The notes below the pieces were generated by a model. The model saw only the letters and a program-made list of their open reading frames with translations, was not told the DNA's origin and searched no databases. Shown here piece after piece: positions 17,552 through 25,809 of a DNA stretch of 64,000 nucleotides. The stretch is from Candidatus Riflebacteria bacterium HGW-Riflebacteria-2. Its GTDB lineage: Bacteria > Muiribacteriota > Ozemobacteria > Ozemobacterales > Ozemobacteraceae. The translations under genes and the position numbers were made by a program. The DNA lies in the NCBI GenBank assembly GCA_002839435.1, contig PGYA01000020.1:8312-72311 (forward strand), written 5' to 3'. Every line of letters starts with the position of its first letter. The first letter of the stretch is position 1.

Positions 17552-18994
17552 CTACTTGAAGCGATTGCGGAATTTGACGTAGATTCCGAGATAAAGCCTG
17601 ATTGCCCAAGGTCTTGCCATCTTTGTGACTTTGTTGATCAGCTTAAACGGAAACCTCTTGCGGTGAAGTATTTTGTCGACTGTTTCCTCTGGAAAACATT
17701 TGTAAAGCCTGATTAATACTGCAAACCAGTTTTTAAGAAACACGACCTTTTCTGGGGGAAAATCGGGGGTTTTAAGGATGGGCTCTTCTGTGTATTCAGG
17801 AAAATCTTCTGGTTCAGCGCCGCTTATATAGGCGCTATTTTCATTGCAGAGCTGATTTATGGAAGTTCCGGGGTAGGGAATGAAGATCGTTGAATAGGCT
17901 CTTACCGGGCCGAGCTTTGCATTTAACTTGATGGTTGCAAGTGCTTCGTCGAAGGTTTCTGAGTAGTTGCCCAGCATGTTGAATGTTGCCACCTTGATGC
18001 CAAAATGCTCACACATCTTGACTCGCGAAATAATGTCTTCGTTAGTCATTCTTCTATTGAGAATTGCTGTTCTGACGCGTTCACAGCCAGACTCTACGCC
18101 GATCTGAATGCTCAGGCAACCCATGTTTTTGAGCATTTGCATAACTTCTTCGTTGATAAGCGTGGGGTGTATATTGCACGCAAACGGTAGTTTTACGTCT
18201 TTCTCGTAAAGGCTGGCAAACTCGGCAAACCAGGCTTTATTCAAAGGCAATATGTCATCCTGGAAAAAAATATTGTCGATAAACGAATGCTGTTGCAGCA
18301 CTCCTCGGATTTCTTCAATAAAGCGTTGTGGGTTTTTCATGCGCGTCTTGTACGTGCCGAACATTTGATTGCGAATTTTGTTGGCACAATACGTGCATTC
18401 GAAAGGGCAGCCGCGGCCGGCCATAAACTGAGCCTGTCGCTCAAGTGACTCGCGCAGGGCGGGGTAGTCGAAAAAACTACGGTCAGGTATTGGCAGAGTA
18501 TTAAGGTCGTTAACTGTACACTTTTCTGGTGAAATCAAGCTGGGATATTTCTTCGTTAGAATACCAGGAAACTGTATATCATTTTCCTGTCCCGATTCAA
18601 TAGCGGCGAAAAGGGGCGGTAATATGGCTTCGCCTTCACCTATGCAGACAAAGTCAAAACCATCGTTCAATACTTTTATCGGAGAAAACTGGGCATGACA
18701 TCCTCCGATCACAGTTTTAACCGCCAGTTCACTTTTGATGAAGTGGTTGATAGTTCGTGCATGCCTGTAATTTGGAGACATGGAAGAAAACCCGACCAGT
18801 TCTGGTGCGAATTCCTTGATCTGGTTGACGATATGATGTTTGTCGATATGACCGATCTGCGTTAAGTGGATCAATTTGACCTGATGCCCGGCTTCTCGTA
18901 GAGTCGTAAGCATAGAAGCGATACCTTCGCTGTAACCGCCTGAGTAATTGGGAAAGCTTGATCGTATTTCGGGGTATATAAGGACGAATTTCAT
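17552..18994 (-). CDS. B12-binding domain radical SAM enzyme
   Basis: 480 aa. The N-terminal Rossmann-like cobalamin-binding region is MKFVLIYPE...GHQVKLIHL. The radical SAM cluster motif is GCPFECTYC (CxxxCxxC). Confidence 0.85.
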   Translation of the reverse strand: MKFVLIYPEIRSSFPNYSGGYSEGIASMLTTLREAGHQVKLIHLTQIGHIDKHHIVNQIKEFAPELVGFSSMSPNYRHARTINHFIKSELAVKTVIGGCHAQFSPIKVLNDGFDFVCIGEGEAILPPLFAAIESGQENDIQFPGILTKKYPSLISPEKCTVNDLNTLPIPDRSFFDYPALRESLERQAQFMAGRGCPFECTYCANKIRNQMFGTYKTRMKNPQRFIEEIRGVLQQHSFIDNIFFQDDILPLNKAWFAEFASLYEKDVKLPFACNIHPTLINEEVMQMLKNMGCLSIQIGVESGCERVRTAILNRRMTNEDIISRVKMCEHFGIKVATFNMLGNYSETFDEALATIKLNAKLGPVRAYSTIFIPYPGTSINQLCNENSAYISGAEPEDFPEYTEEPILKTPDFPPEKVVFLKNWFAVLIRLYKCFPEETVDKILHRKRFPFKLINKVTKMARPWAIRLYLGIYVKFRNRFK

Positions 18995-19051
18995 AAGACT
19001 CCTATACGCTGCAGTATTTTTGCCTGCCTGTTTTATTCAATCTTGCGCGGA

Positions 19052-20251
19052 CTATTTTACACTTGCAGTCATTTTAAAGAGGGGCATGAAAACTGACAGA
19101 GCGATGGTGCCGATGACGATACCCATGACGACTGTCAGAATTGGAGTCAGGGCCGCTGTCAGGCCTTCGAGGGCTTCTTTTACTTCTCGGTCGTAGAAGT
19201 CGGCGGCTTTAGTCAGCATTACGTCAAGATTACCGGTATTTTCACCGACCTCGATCATTTTTTTGACCATTGGGGGAAAAATGGTTACCTTTACCAGCGT
19301 GCTTGCCAGTGTATTACCCTGCTGCACGCCTATTGCCATATTGCTGATCATTTCTTCCATCAGAGGGTTGCCCATGACAGAAGAGGTTATTTGCAGGGCC
19401 TGAAGAATTGGAACCCCTGAGCTGAGCAGAGAACAGAAGGTTCGCGAAAAGCGGCCGACCGCTATTTTTTGCGTGAGCGGTCCGATAATAGGGGCTTTGA
19501 GTGTGAAAATTGCAAGACCTCTTTTGCCAAGCTCTGTCTTAAAGGCCAGGAATACTACGACACAGAAGGCTAGAAAGCCGGCACCGACTGCGACATAATT
19601 GTAGATGAGTGCGTCGGACATCATTATCATCACTTCCGTGATCTTGGGCAGGTCAACCTTCATTTTTTTGAACATTGTCGAGAAGTTCGGAAAAATCTTG
19701 ACGAGAAGAAAGATTACGCCGAGAACTGCCAGAACAAGCTGTATGACCGGCATCATCAGCGCGCCCTTGATCTTGCCGCGAATCTCGGCGTCGGATTCGG
19801 CGAAGGAGGCCAGGCGCTGTAGAACTTCGTCGAGCATACCGCCAGCTTCGCCGGCTTCACACATGTTGCAGTAAATTTTGTCGAAAACCTTGGGGTATTT
19901 TCTGATTGAGACAGATAAAGACTGACCGCTCTGCAGGTCGCGACCAATTGCGTTCAGAATGTTCTTGAAAAAAGCATTCTGGGTCTGGTCGGCAAGAATG
20001 CCGATACATTCGACCAAAGGTATTGCAGCGCCGACAAGCGTTGAAAGCTGAACCGTGAAAATCATCATTTCCTTTTTACTGACGCTGCCGCCAAAACCGA
20101 AGCCACTGCTTGACTTGGCTTCTTTGGCCTTGACCAGATAATAGCCCTTGTCGGAAAGGCGGTTCGCCAGTTCCTGCAGGTTCGGGGCCTCAAGCGTCGT
20201 CTTGATTATGTCGCCCTTCGCATCCTTTACTTCACATTCGTATTTTGGCAT
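19052..20251 (-). CDS. pilC: GspF/PilC platform protein
   Basis: 399 aa with duplicated GspF domains and three TM blocks. The sequence pattern is typical, for example MCEAGEAGGMLDEVLQRLA and MIEVGENTGNLDVMLTKAADFYD. Confidence 0.9.
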   Translation of the reverse strand: MPKYECEVKDAKGDIIKTTLEAPNLQELANRLSDKGYYLVKAKEAKSSSGFGFGGSVSKKEMMIFTVQLSTLVGAAIPLVECIGILADQTQNAFFKNILNAIGRDLQSGQSLSVSIRKYPKVFDKIYCNMCEAGEAGGMLDEVLQRLASFAESDAEIRGKIKGALMMPVIQLVLAVLGVIFLLVKIFPNFSTMFKKMKVDLPKITEVMIMMSDALIYNYVAVGAGFLAFCVVVFLAFKTELGKRGLAIFTLKAPIIGPLTQKIAVGRFSRTFCSLLSSGVPILQALQITSSVMGNPLMEEMISNMAIGVQQGNTLASTLVKVTIFPPMVKKMIEVGENTGNLDVMLTKAADFYDREVKEALEGLTAALTPILTVVMGIVIGTIALSVFMPLFKMTASVK

Positions 20252-20277
20252 TGCAACCTCTTTTTTTGCTGGTCAGG

Positions 20278-21960
20278 TCAGTCTGCGCGCGCCAGCGCAA
20301 ACACTTCTTCGGGAGTGGTAAGGCCCTGCTGAAACTTTACTACAATGTCATCCTTCAGGCACTTCATGCCAAGGCGCACGGCTTCGTTTTTAAGGTCATC
20401 GGGACCAACCTTTTGAATAATCATGCGTCGAAGGTTTTCGTGGGTATACATGACTTCGTGTACACCGACACGACCTTTGTAACCAGTTTTTGCACACTTT
20501 TCGCAGCCTTTGCCGCGGTAATAAGTTTCGTTGATGGCTTCTGGTGGCAAACCCAGGTCGACAAGGGTTTCGGGTGTAATCGTAGTATCGACATCTTTGC
20601 AGAATTTGCAGACACGCCGCGCCAGTCGCTGTGAGACGATGCAAAGGAAAGCCGATGAAACCAGAAAGGGTTCGACGCCCATATCGACGAGACGAATCGC
20701 AGTACTTGGCGCATCATTGGTATGCAGTGTCGCGAAAACAAGATGGCCGGTCAAGGCTGCTTCAACCGCGATACTTGCGGTTTCTTCATCGCGAATCTCA
20801 CCCAACATGATAACGTCAGGATCCTGGCGCAGAAAGGCGCGCAGCACTGTTGAAAAATTCAGGTCAATTTCAGCGCGAACCTGCACCTGGTTGATAAACT
20901 TCAGCTTGTATTCGACCGGATTTTCAACTGTGCAAATATTGATATCTGGCCCTTTTATCGCGTTCAAGCATGCATATAGAGTTGTTGTCTTGCCGGAACC
21001 GGTTGGCCCGGTGACCAGACACATACCGTTTGGAGAACCAATTGCCTTTTGCACTTTTTCGAAGTTTGTCGGAGAAAAGCCCATCTGGTCAAGCGCAACG
21101 TTAACGTTTGACTTGTCGAGAATTCGCAGGCAGGCCTTTTCGCCCCATGCCGTCGGAATTGTGTTGACGCGAAAGTCGATAGGCTTGTCCATGATTGTCA
21201 TCTGAATACGACCATCCTGCGGAAGTCTGCGTTCAGATATGTCCATGCCGCTCAAAATCTTGATACGTGACATAACCGAGGGCAGCGCTTCTGGCTGCAG
21301 ATTCATCGCAATAAGCAGTGAGCCGTCAATGCGCAGTCGCACACGTAGTTCGCCTTCGTCAGGTTCGATGTGAATGTCTGATGCGCCCTTCTGAACCGCC
21401 GAAGTCAGAACCAGATTGACCAGCTTGATGATCGGGGTTTCTTCGCTGGCCTTTTTAAGGCCATCCAGCGCCCCGCCGCTTCCATCGTCTTCACCGACAC
21501 CCATGGCGCTGAGAGCGTCGGCCATAGCGCCGGCAACATAGAGTTTGTCTGTCGTATCAGCGATCTGGTTTTCTGAACAGATCGCCCTTACTACTTCGCA
21601 GTTGTTTTGAAACTGGATTTCATCGATGATGAATACGTCGAGCGGATCGGCCATGCCGATCATCAAGCTCTTGCCGTCAAAGCTGATTGGCACCAGAATA
21701 TGCTTGCGGCAGATTTTTTCGGGCACCATTTTGAGTACTTCAGGCTTGATTTCGACTTTGCTGAGATCGACGAATGGCACCTTGAGCTGCTTGCCAAGAA
21801 TTGGCAACAACTTGTCTTCTGTGAGGTAGCCGAGCTCAATGAGAACCTGCCCGATACGTTTGCCGCGCTTTTTCTGCTCGGCAAGCCCGATGTTGAGCTC
21901 TTTCTCACCTACGTGCCCTGCTTCAATCAGCAGCTGACCGATCTTTTTTCGCTTAAACAT
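20278..21960 (-). CDS. pilB: GspE/PilB secretion ATPase
   Basis: 560 aa. N-terminal MshEN-like repeats, Walker A GPTGSGKTT, Asp box, Walker B IMLGEIRD, His box and a tetracysteine motif (CKFC...CEKC). Confidence 0.92.
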   Translation of the reverse strand: MFKRKKIGQLLIEAGHVGEKELNIGLAEQKKRGKRIGQVLIELGYLTEDKLLPILGKQLKVPFVDLSKVEIKPEVLKMVPEKICRKHILVPISFDGKSLMIGMADPLDVFIIDEIQFQNNCEVVRAICSENQIADTTDKLYVAGAMADALSAMGVGEDDGSGGALDGLKKASEETPIIKLVNLVLTSAVQKGASDIHIEPDEGELRVRLRIDGSLLIAMNLQPEALPSVMSRIKILSGMDISERRLPQDGRIQMTIMDKPIDFRVNTIPTAWGEKACLRILDKSNVNVALDQMGFSPTNFEKVQKAIGSPNGMCLVTGPTGSGKTTTLYACLNAIKGPDINICTVENPVEYKLKFINQVQVRAEIDLNFSTVLRAFLRQDPDVIMLGEIRDEETASIAVEAALTGHLVFATLHTNDAPSTAIRLVDMGVEPFLVSSAFLCIVSQRLARRVCKFCKDVDTTITPETLVDLGLPPEAINETYYRGKGCEKCAKTGYKGRVGVHEVMYTHENLRRMIIQKVGPDDLKNEAVRLGMKCLKDDIVVKFQQGLTTPEEVFALARAD

Positions 21961-22174
21961 TAACCGTTAAGCCTTATTTTCTGCTTTTTATCATCATGAT
22001 AAGTAAAATTACAACCATCGATTATAATATAAACCCGCGCAAAATTGAATAGATTTATCTAAACCTTGTGTTGAACGCTAAACTTTCTAGGCCGGATGCC
22101 AGATTCAGCCAAATGCCTGATGCGACATACCCTGGCTTGAATTTGCCAGGCAGCAGAACAGAGGCACCGGGTTT

Positions 22175-22924
22175 TTATTGTGCCGATTCCCAGTATTTGC
22201 GCCGGGCTTCCATGTAGTGGGGGTTGAGTCTGATCGCGATTCTGAATTCTTCCATGGCCTCGTCATCGAGGCTTTTTTTTCGCAGAATAATGCCGAGATG
22301 AAAATGCAGGTCGGCGTATTCCGGGTGGTCCTTGATCAGGCGTCGGTATTCGGCCTCGGCCTGATCGAGCAGGCCAAGATCAGAAAAGACGGCGCCAAGG
22401 TCGATAGTCACACTGCTGCGCTCAAGCTTTTCGCCGAGCATATCTTCGATAATCTGGCGATATTCTTTTACCGCCTTGCTGATAGCGCCCTGTTCCTCAT
22501 ATATGCGGCCAACATGGTAGCGCGCGGCAGCATAGCGAGGGTTGATCGCGAGAGCGTTGGCAAAGCTGGCAAGCGCTTTGTCGAAGGCCTTGTTTTCGTA
22601 AAAAATCAGACCAACATTAAAGTGGGCGTCAGCAAAGCGCGGATTCAGCGTGAGAACAGATTCGTATGAGGCAACCGCCTGGTCGCGGTCGCCCAGTTCT
22701 CGGTAAGCGTGTCCGAGATGGCTGTAATAAACCGGGTTTTTCGGGTTCTGGTTAACGGCCTTGACATAGCAGAAAGAGGCCTTATCATACTGTTTCTTGA
22801 GATAAAAGGCGTTGCCGAGATAAAACAGCTTTTCGTGGTCGTTGGGGTGTGTTCGCAGATGCTTGATGCAGGCATCGATCACCTCGTCGAGCAGTCCTTC
22901 GCGATAAGTCGTGTTATCTGGCAT
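22175..22924 (-). CDS. TPR-repeat protein
   Basis: 249 aa made of 34-aa repeats with the A..Y..AL..NP pattern. Confidence 0.8.
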   Translation of the reverse strand: MPDNTTYREGLLDEVIDACIKHLRTHPNDHEKLFYLGNAFYLKKQYDKASFCYVKAVNQNPKNPVYYSHLGHAYRELGDRDQAVASYESVLTLNPRFADAHFNVGLIFYENKAFDKALASFANALAINPRYAAARYHVGRIYEEQGAISKAVKEYRQIIEDMLGEKLERSSVTIDLGAVFSDLGLLDQAEAEYRRLIKDHPEYADLHFHLGIILRKKSLDDEAMEEFRIAIRLNPHYMEARRKYWESAQ

Positions 22925-22941
22925 TACCTTCTCCTGTCAGG

Positions 22942-23661
22942 TCAGTCGAGTGATAGAACCGATTTAATGTCCTTGCCGAGCTTGGTGCGGGGTTCGAGGC
23001 GCCTGAAGGTGGATTTGTCGGTGCAATATGTGTGGAGAACTTCGAGTCCTTCATAATTGCGTTTCTGCAGACCCTGACGCATGCTGTTAAAGTGAGGGGC
23101 CAGCAGTTTAAGCCCTTCTTCTGGTTCGTGTTGCTCGCGCATGAAAAAGCGATACTTGTGAATAACCCCGTCATCGCGGCGGTAAATATCTATTTCTGGT
23201 TCTTCGAGGTGTTGCGAGCGCGCCGAGTATTTGCGGGCTTCGAAAAAATGCTGGCGTTCGTAGTCTTCGTAGACGTTTACCCCCCATATATAAGGGTTTC
23301 TGAATATCCACAGCGGAAAAACCGGGCCGAGAAAGTTCTTGAGATTGCTGATCAGGTCGTAGTTATACTCGCTTTCACGAATGCACACATGCAGGTTGCT
23401 GCTCTGCAGTCGGAAATCACCGCCGTCACTGAAGCGTCCGGCAATGCAGTTGATCTTGTCTGGACGCGGCAGGCTGGCGAGAATTTTTTTTGTCCGGTCA
23501 TTGATCGTTGAATAGGCTGCGTTGGGCTGGTCGCTGTATTCAACGGTGATATCGGCTACCGGAAACGTAAAAATCTTCTCGAAAGCCGAGTGATAGACTT
23601 CGTGATCCTTACGTTCGCTCAAAAATATGTGTTGTTCGAGTATGGGGTCTGATTCGTTCAT
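22942..23661 (-). CDS. Hypothetical protein
   Basis: The track ORF runs to 23841 but would overlap the upstream gene by 176 nt. Met61 (MNESDPILEQ, ATG at 23661) starts 5 nt after that gene's stop. No family recognised. Confidence 0.45.
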   Translation of the reverse strand: MNESDPILEQHIFLSERKDHEVYHSAFEKIFTFPVADITVEYSDQPNAAYSTINDRTKKILASLPRPDKINCIAGRFSDGGDFRLQSSNLHVCIRESEYNYDLISNLKNFLGPVFPLWIFRNPYIWGVNVYEDYERQHFFEARKYSARSQHLEEPEIDIYRRDDGVIHKYRFFMREQHEPEEGLKLLAPHFNSMRQGLQKRNYEGLEVLHTYCTDKSTFRRLEPRTKLGKDIKSVLSLD

Positions 23662-23665
23662 CGGG

Positions 23666-25342
23666 CTACTCCGTGCTGGCGTATATAAAGGTGTAATCTT
23701 CCAACGGTCTCTTTCTTGCGCCGTCAGGAATAAGCTGGTCAGCCAGGTTGGCCAGCAGATCGTCCGCATACTGCTCCGGCATCTTGTCCAGAAGAAGGCG
23801 CAGATCTTCGCTGCCAAGCCGGTTACCCTTTTCCCCGGCAAAATCGAGTGCCCCGTCAGTATAAATCAATATACCATCGCCGGGCAACAACTGAATAACC
23901 TGATTCTGATAAGGTTCGACGCCCTGGTTGAACAGCCCCATCGGAACCCCGGTAATCAGCTGCGGAATCTCGACATAGCCACTGCGCGGTCGGTTGATCA
24001 AAGGGGTCGCGTGCCCGGCAACCGCCAGGGTGACGCTGCGCTCGTTCGCTCTTAGCTGCAACGCGATAAGCGAAGAAAACAGGTCAAGCGATTTGTCGCT
24101 GGTGAAGCGCGCCGAAAGGCGGTTGAGCAGGTCGGCCGGACTGGCGCAGCTTTCGCACAGGCAGTCGAGAATGGTACGTAGGCGCGTCAGGTATAACGCA
24201 GAATTGAGACCTCCGGCCGAAGTTCGCCCGGCAATAATCAGCATGCGATCGCCAGGAAGCATTATATAGTCATGGAAATCGCCAGTGCGAGCGTCGCAGT
24301 AAGCGCTAAGCTGCGCGATATCCCAGCCGGGCAGCGATCTGGCTGATTCGGGAAGCATGCCGGCGAAAAGCCGGTGCGTCAGCAGTTTTTCTGCCTCTAA
24401 AATGCTGGCATCATTAAAATCAGCTCGTTGCAGCCGGTTGTAGAACCAGATTGCTATGCTGGCACAGAAGTGATTTAACAGTTCCTGCTCGGCAACTTCA
24501 TACTTGCGCTCCGAAATCGACAGGACAGCGAGAACTGCGAATAACTCGTTATTGCAGGCAACAGGCAGCAGTATGCCGTCTTCATTTTCGCGCTCGCGCG
24601 AAAAAAACAGAGGGCGGCTGAATTTTCCGGGCTGCCTTAATATCTGTGCGTCGATACAGCTGTTAACCCGCTTTGACAGCTCTTCAATCAAATCGTCAGA
24701 AGAATCGATCATTTCACTTTTCTGGCGTGAATTAAGGCGTGTGCCACAGCTGAATGCGAGAACGCTGCCGCTGAGCTGATACAGGGCGATAATTCGGTCG
24801 GGCATAAGTTCGGCAAGCCTGAGAAGGGCTTGTTCTGGTGTGTCGCTCTGGGCGCCGCACATTCCGGTCTGATGCAGCCGGTATAGAAGGCTTGTATCGA
24901 GTTTTTTTTCGTTTCCGCTGATATTCTCAGGTTGTGTGTCTGCCTGTCCGGCTTTGCCCGCAGTTGACCCGGTATTCTGCGAACTGGCAGCGAGCAGGGC
25001 AAAAAAGATCGCTGCAGCTGGCATGAGCAGCAGTGCGATTCCGGCGGGCCAGACACCAACATCGTGCCAGCCAATCTCGCGCAGCACAACAAGCAGCCCG
25101 ACAACCGCAACACCGCCGCTTATTTTCATAAGCCGCAGTTTAAGCCGTCTATCGATTTTGCTTGCAAATGTCATTTGGCTGTTATTAAGAAAGAATATGA
25201 TTCTCTCATCGTGCTCGTGCTTTAAACAGACGCCGGGGCCGTCGCAGTGACAGCCCCGGCAACTGTTATCCAGAGTTTGGGAATCGACAACCGGGTCAGG
25301 CGGCCCGATAATTCTCGTATGAACGCATTGAGTGATTTTCAA
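23666..25342 (-). CDS. Membrane-anchored SpoIIE/PP2C-family phosphatase with GAF-like sensor region
   Basis: 558 aa with two TM segments near the N-terminus. The C-terminal PP2C pattern is MLPGDRMLIIAGRTSAGG ... LLPGDGILIYTDGALDF. The start is uncertain: 25342 overlaps the upstream gene, and Met57 at 25174 is an alternative. Confidence 0.75.
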   Translation of the reverse strand: MKITQCVHTRIIGPPDPVVDSQTLDNSCRGCHCDGPGVCLKHEHDERIIFFLNNSQMTFASKIDRRLKLRLMKISGGVAVVGLLVVLREIGWHDVGVWPAGIALLLMPAAAIFFALLAASSQNTGSTAGKAGQADTQPENISGNEKKLDTSLLYRLHQTGMCGAQSDTPEQALLRLAELMPDRIIALYQLSGSVLAFSCGTRLNSRQKSEMIDSSDDLIEELSKRVNSCIDAQILRQPGKFSRPLFFSRERENEDGILLPVACNNELFAVLAVLSISERKYEVAEQELLNHFCASIAIWFYNRLQRADFNDASILEAEKLLTHRLFAGMLPESARSLPGWDIAQLSAYCDARTGDFHDYIMLPGDRMLIIAGRTSAGGLNSALYLTRLRTILDCLCESCASPADLLNRLSARFTSDKSLDLFSSLIALQLRANERSVTLAVAGHATPLINRPRSGYVEIPQLITGVPMGLFNQGVEPYQNQVIQLLPGDGILIYTDGALDFAGEKGNRLGSEDLRLLLDKMPEQYADDLLANLADQLIPDGARKRPLEDYTFIYASTE

Positions 25343-25739
25343 GCTTGCGGCAGTGACTGGTCAGTGCTTCGATCGCGGCCGGGTCGCCGATACGTGTCAG
25401 AGCTTCGCCGGCGGCAAGACTGACTTCTTCGCGCGGGTCATCGAGTGCTTCGATCAGCGCTTCGACAACCGCGGTGCCGCGTCGGTCGCCCAGCTGAATG
25501 CACGAAATGCGACGAATGCGCCAGTCGGGACTGCTCAGGCCCTTGATGTAACGCCAGGTCTGATCTACCGGGGTAACTGTCGCCAGCGGCACTACCTTAC
25601 GCCTGGCTCGCGGTGTGGCGCTGTTCTTCTCTTCGCCACGCAGGCGCCTCCAGAGAGCGGAAAAGACTTTTTCGAACATGAACCATCCGGTAAAGTAAAC
25701 CAGAGTCAATGCAATTATTTTAACTTCAAGTTGCCACAT
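25296..25739 (-). CDS. Membrane-anchored HEAT-repeat protein
   Basis: 147 aa with one N-terminal TM. The HEAT (PBS-lyase type) repeats are DWRIRRISCIQLGDRRGTAVVEALIEALDDPREEVSLAAGEALTRIGDPAAIEAL. Confidence 0.6.
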   Translation of the reverse strand: MWQLEVKIIALTLVYFTGWFMFEKVFSALWRRLRGEEKNSATPRARRKVVPLATVTPVDQTWRYIKGLSSPDWRIRRISCIQLGDRRGTAVVEALIEALDDPREEVSLAAGEALTRIGDPAAIEALTSHCRKLENHSMRSYENYRAA

Positions 25740-25809
25740 GAATTTTTGCCTCCAGCATTTTATTCTGGAAAACTCATCGGCATTCTGCGCACAATAACTT
25801 AGCTTGAAT

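Noticed and set aside
17418-19201. Shared 14-mer CGGTCGTAGAAGTC at 17418-17431 (intergenic) and 19188-19201 (inside pilC).
   Set aside because: Several 14-mer coincidences are expected in 64 kb on two strands. The flanks do not extend the match, and the two contexts (coding versus non-coding) are unrelated.
20531-21205. 224-aa + strand ORF.
   Set aside because: It lies antisense to the Walker-box region of pilB/gspE. The composition is typical of a GC-rich antisense frame, and no start context is present.
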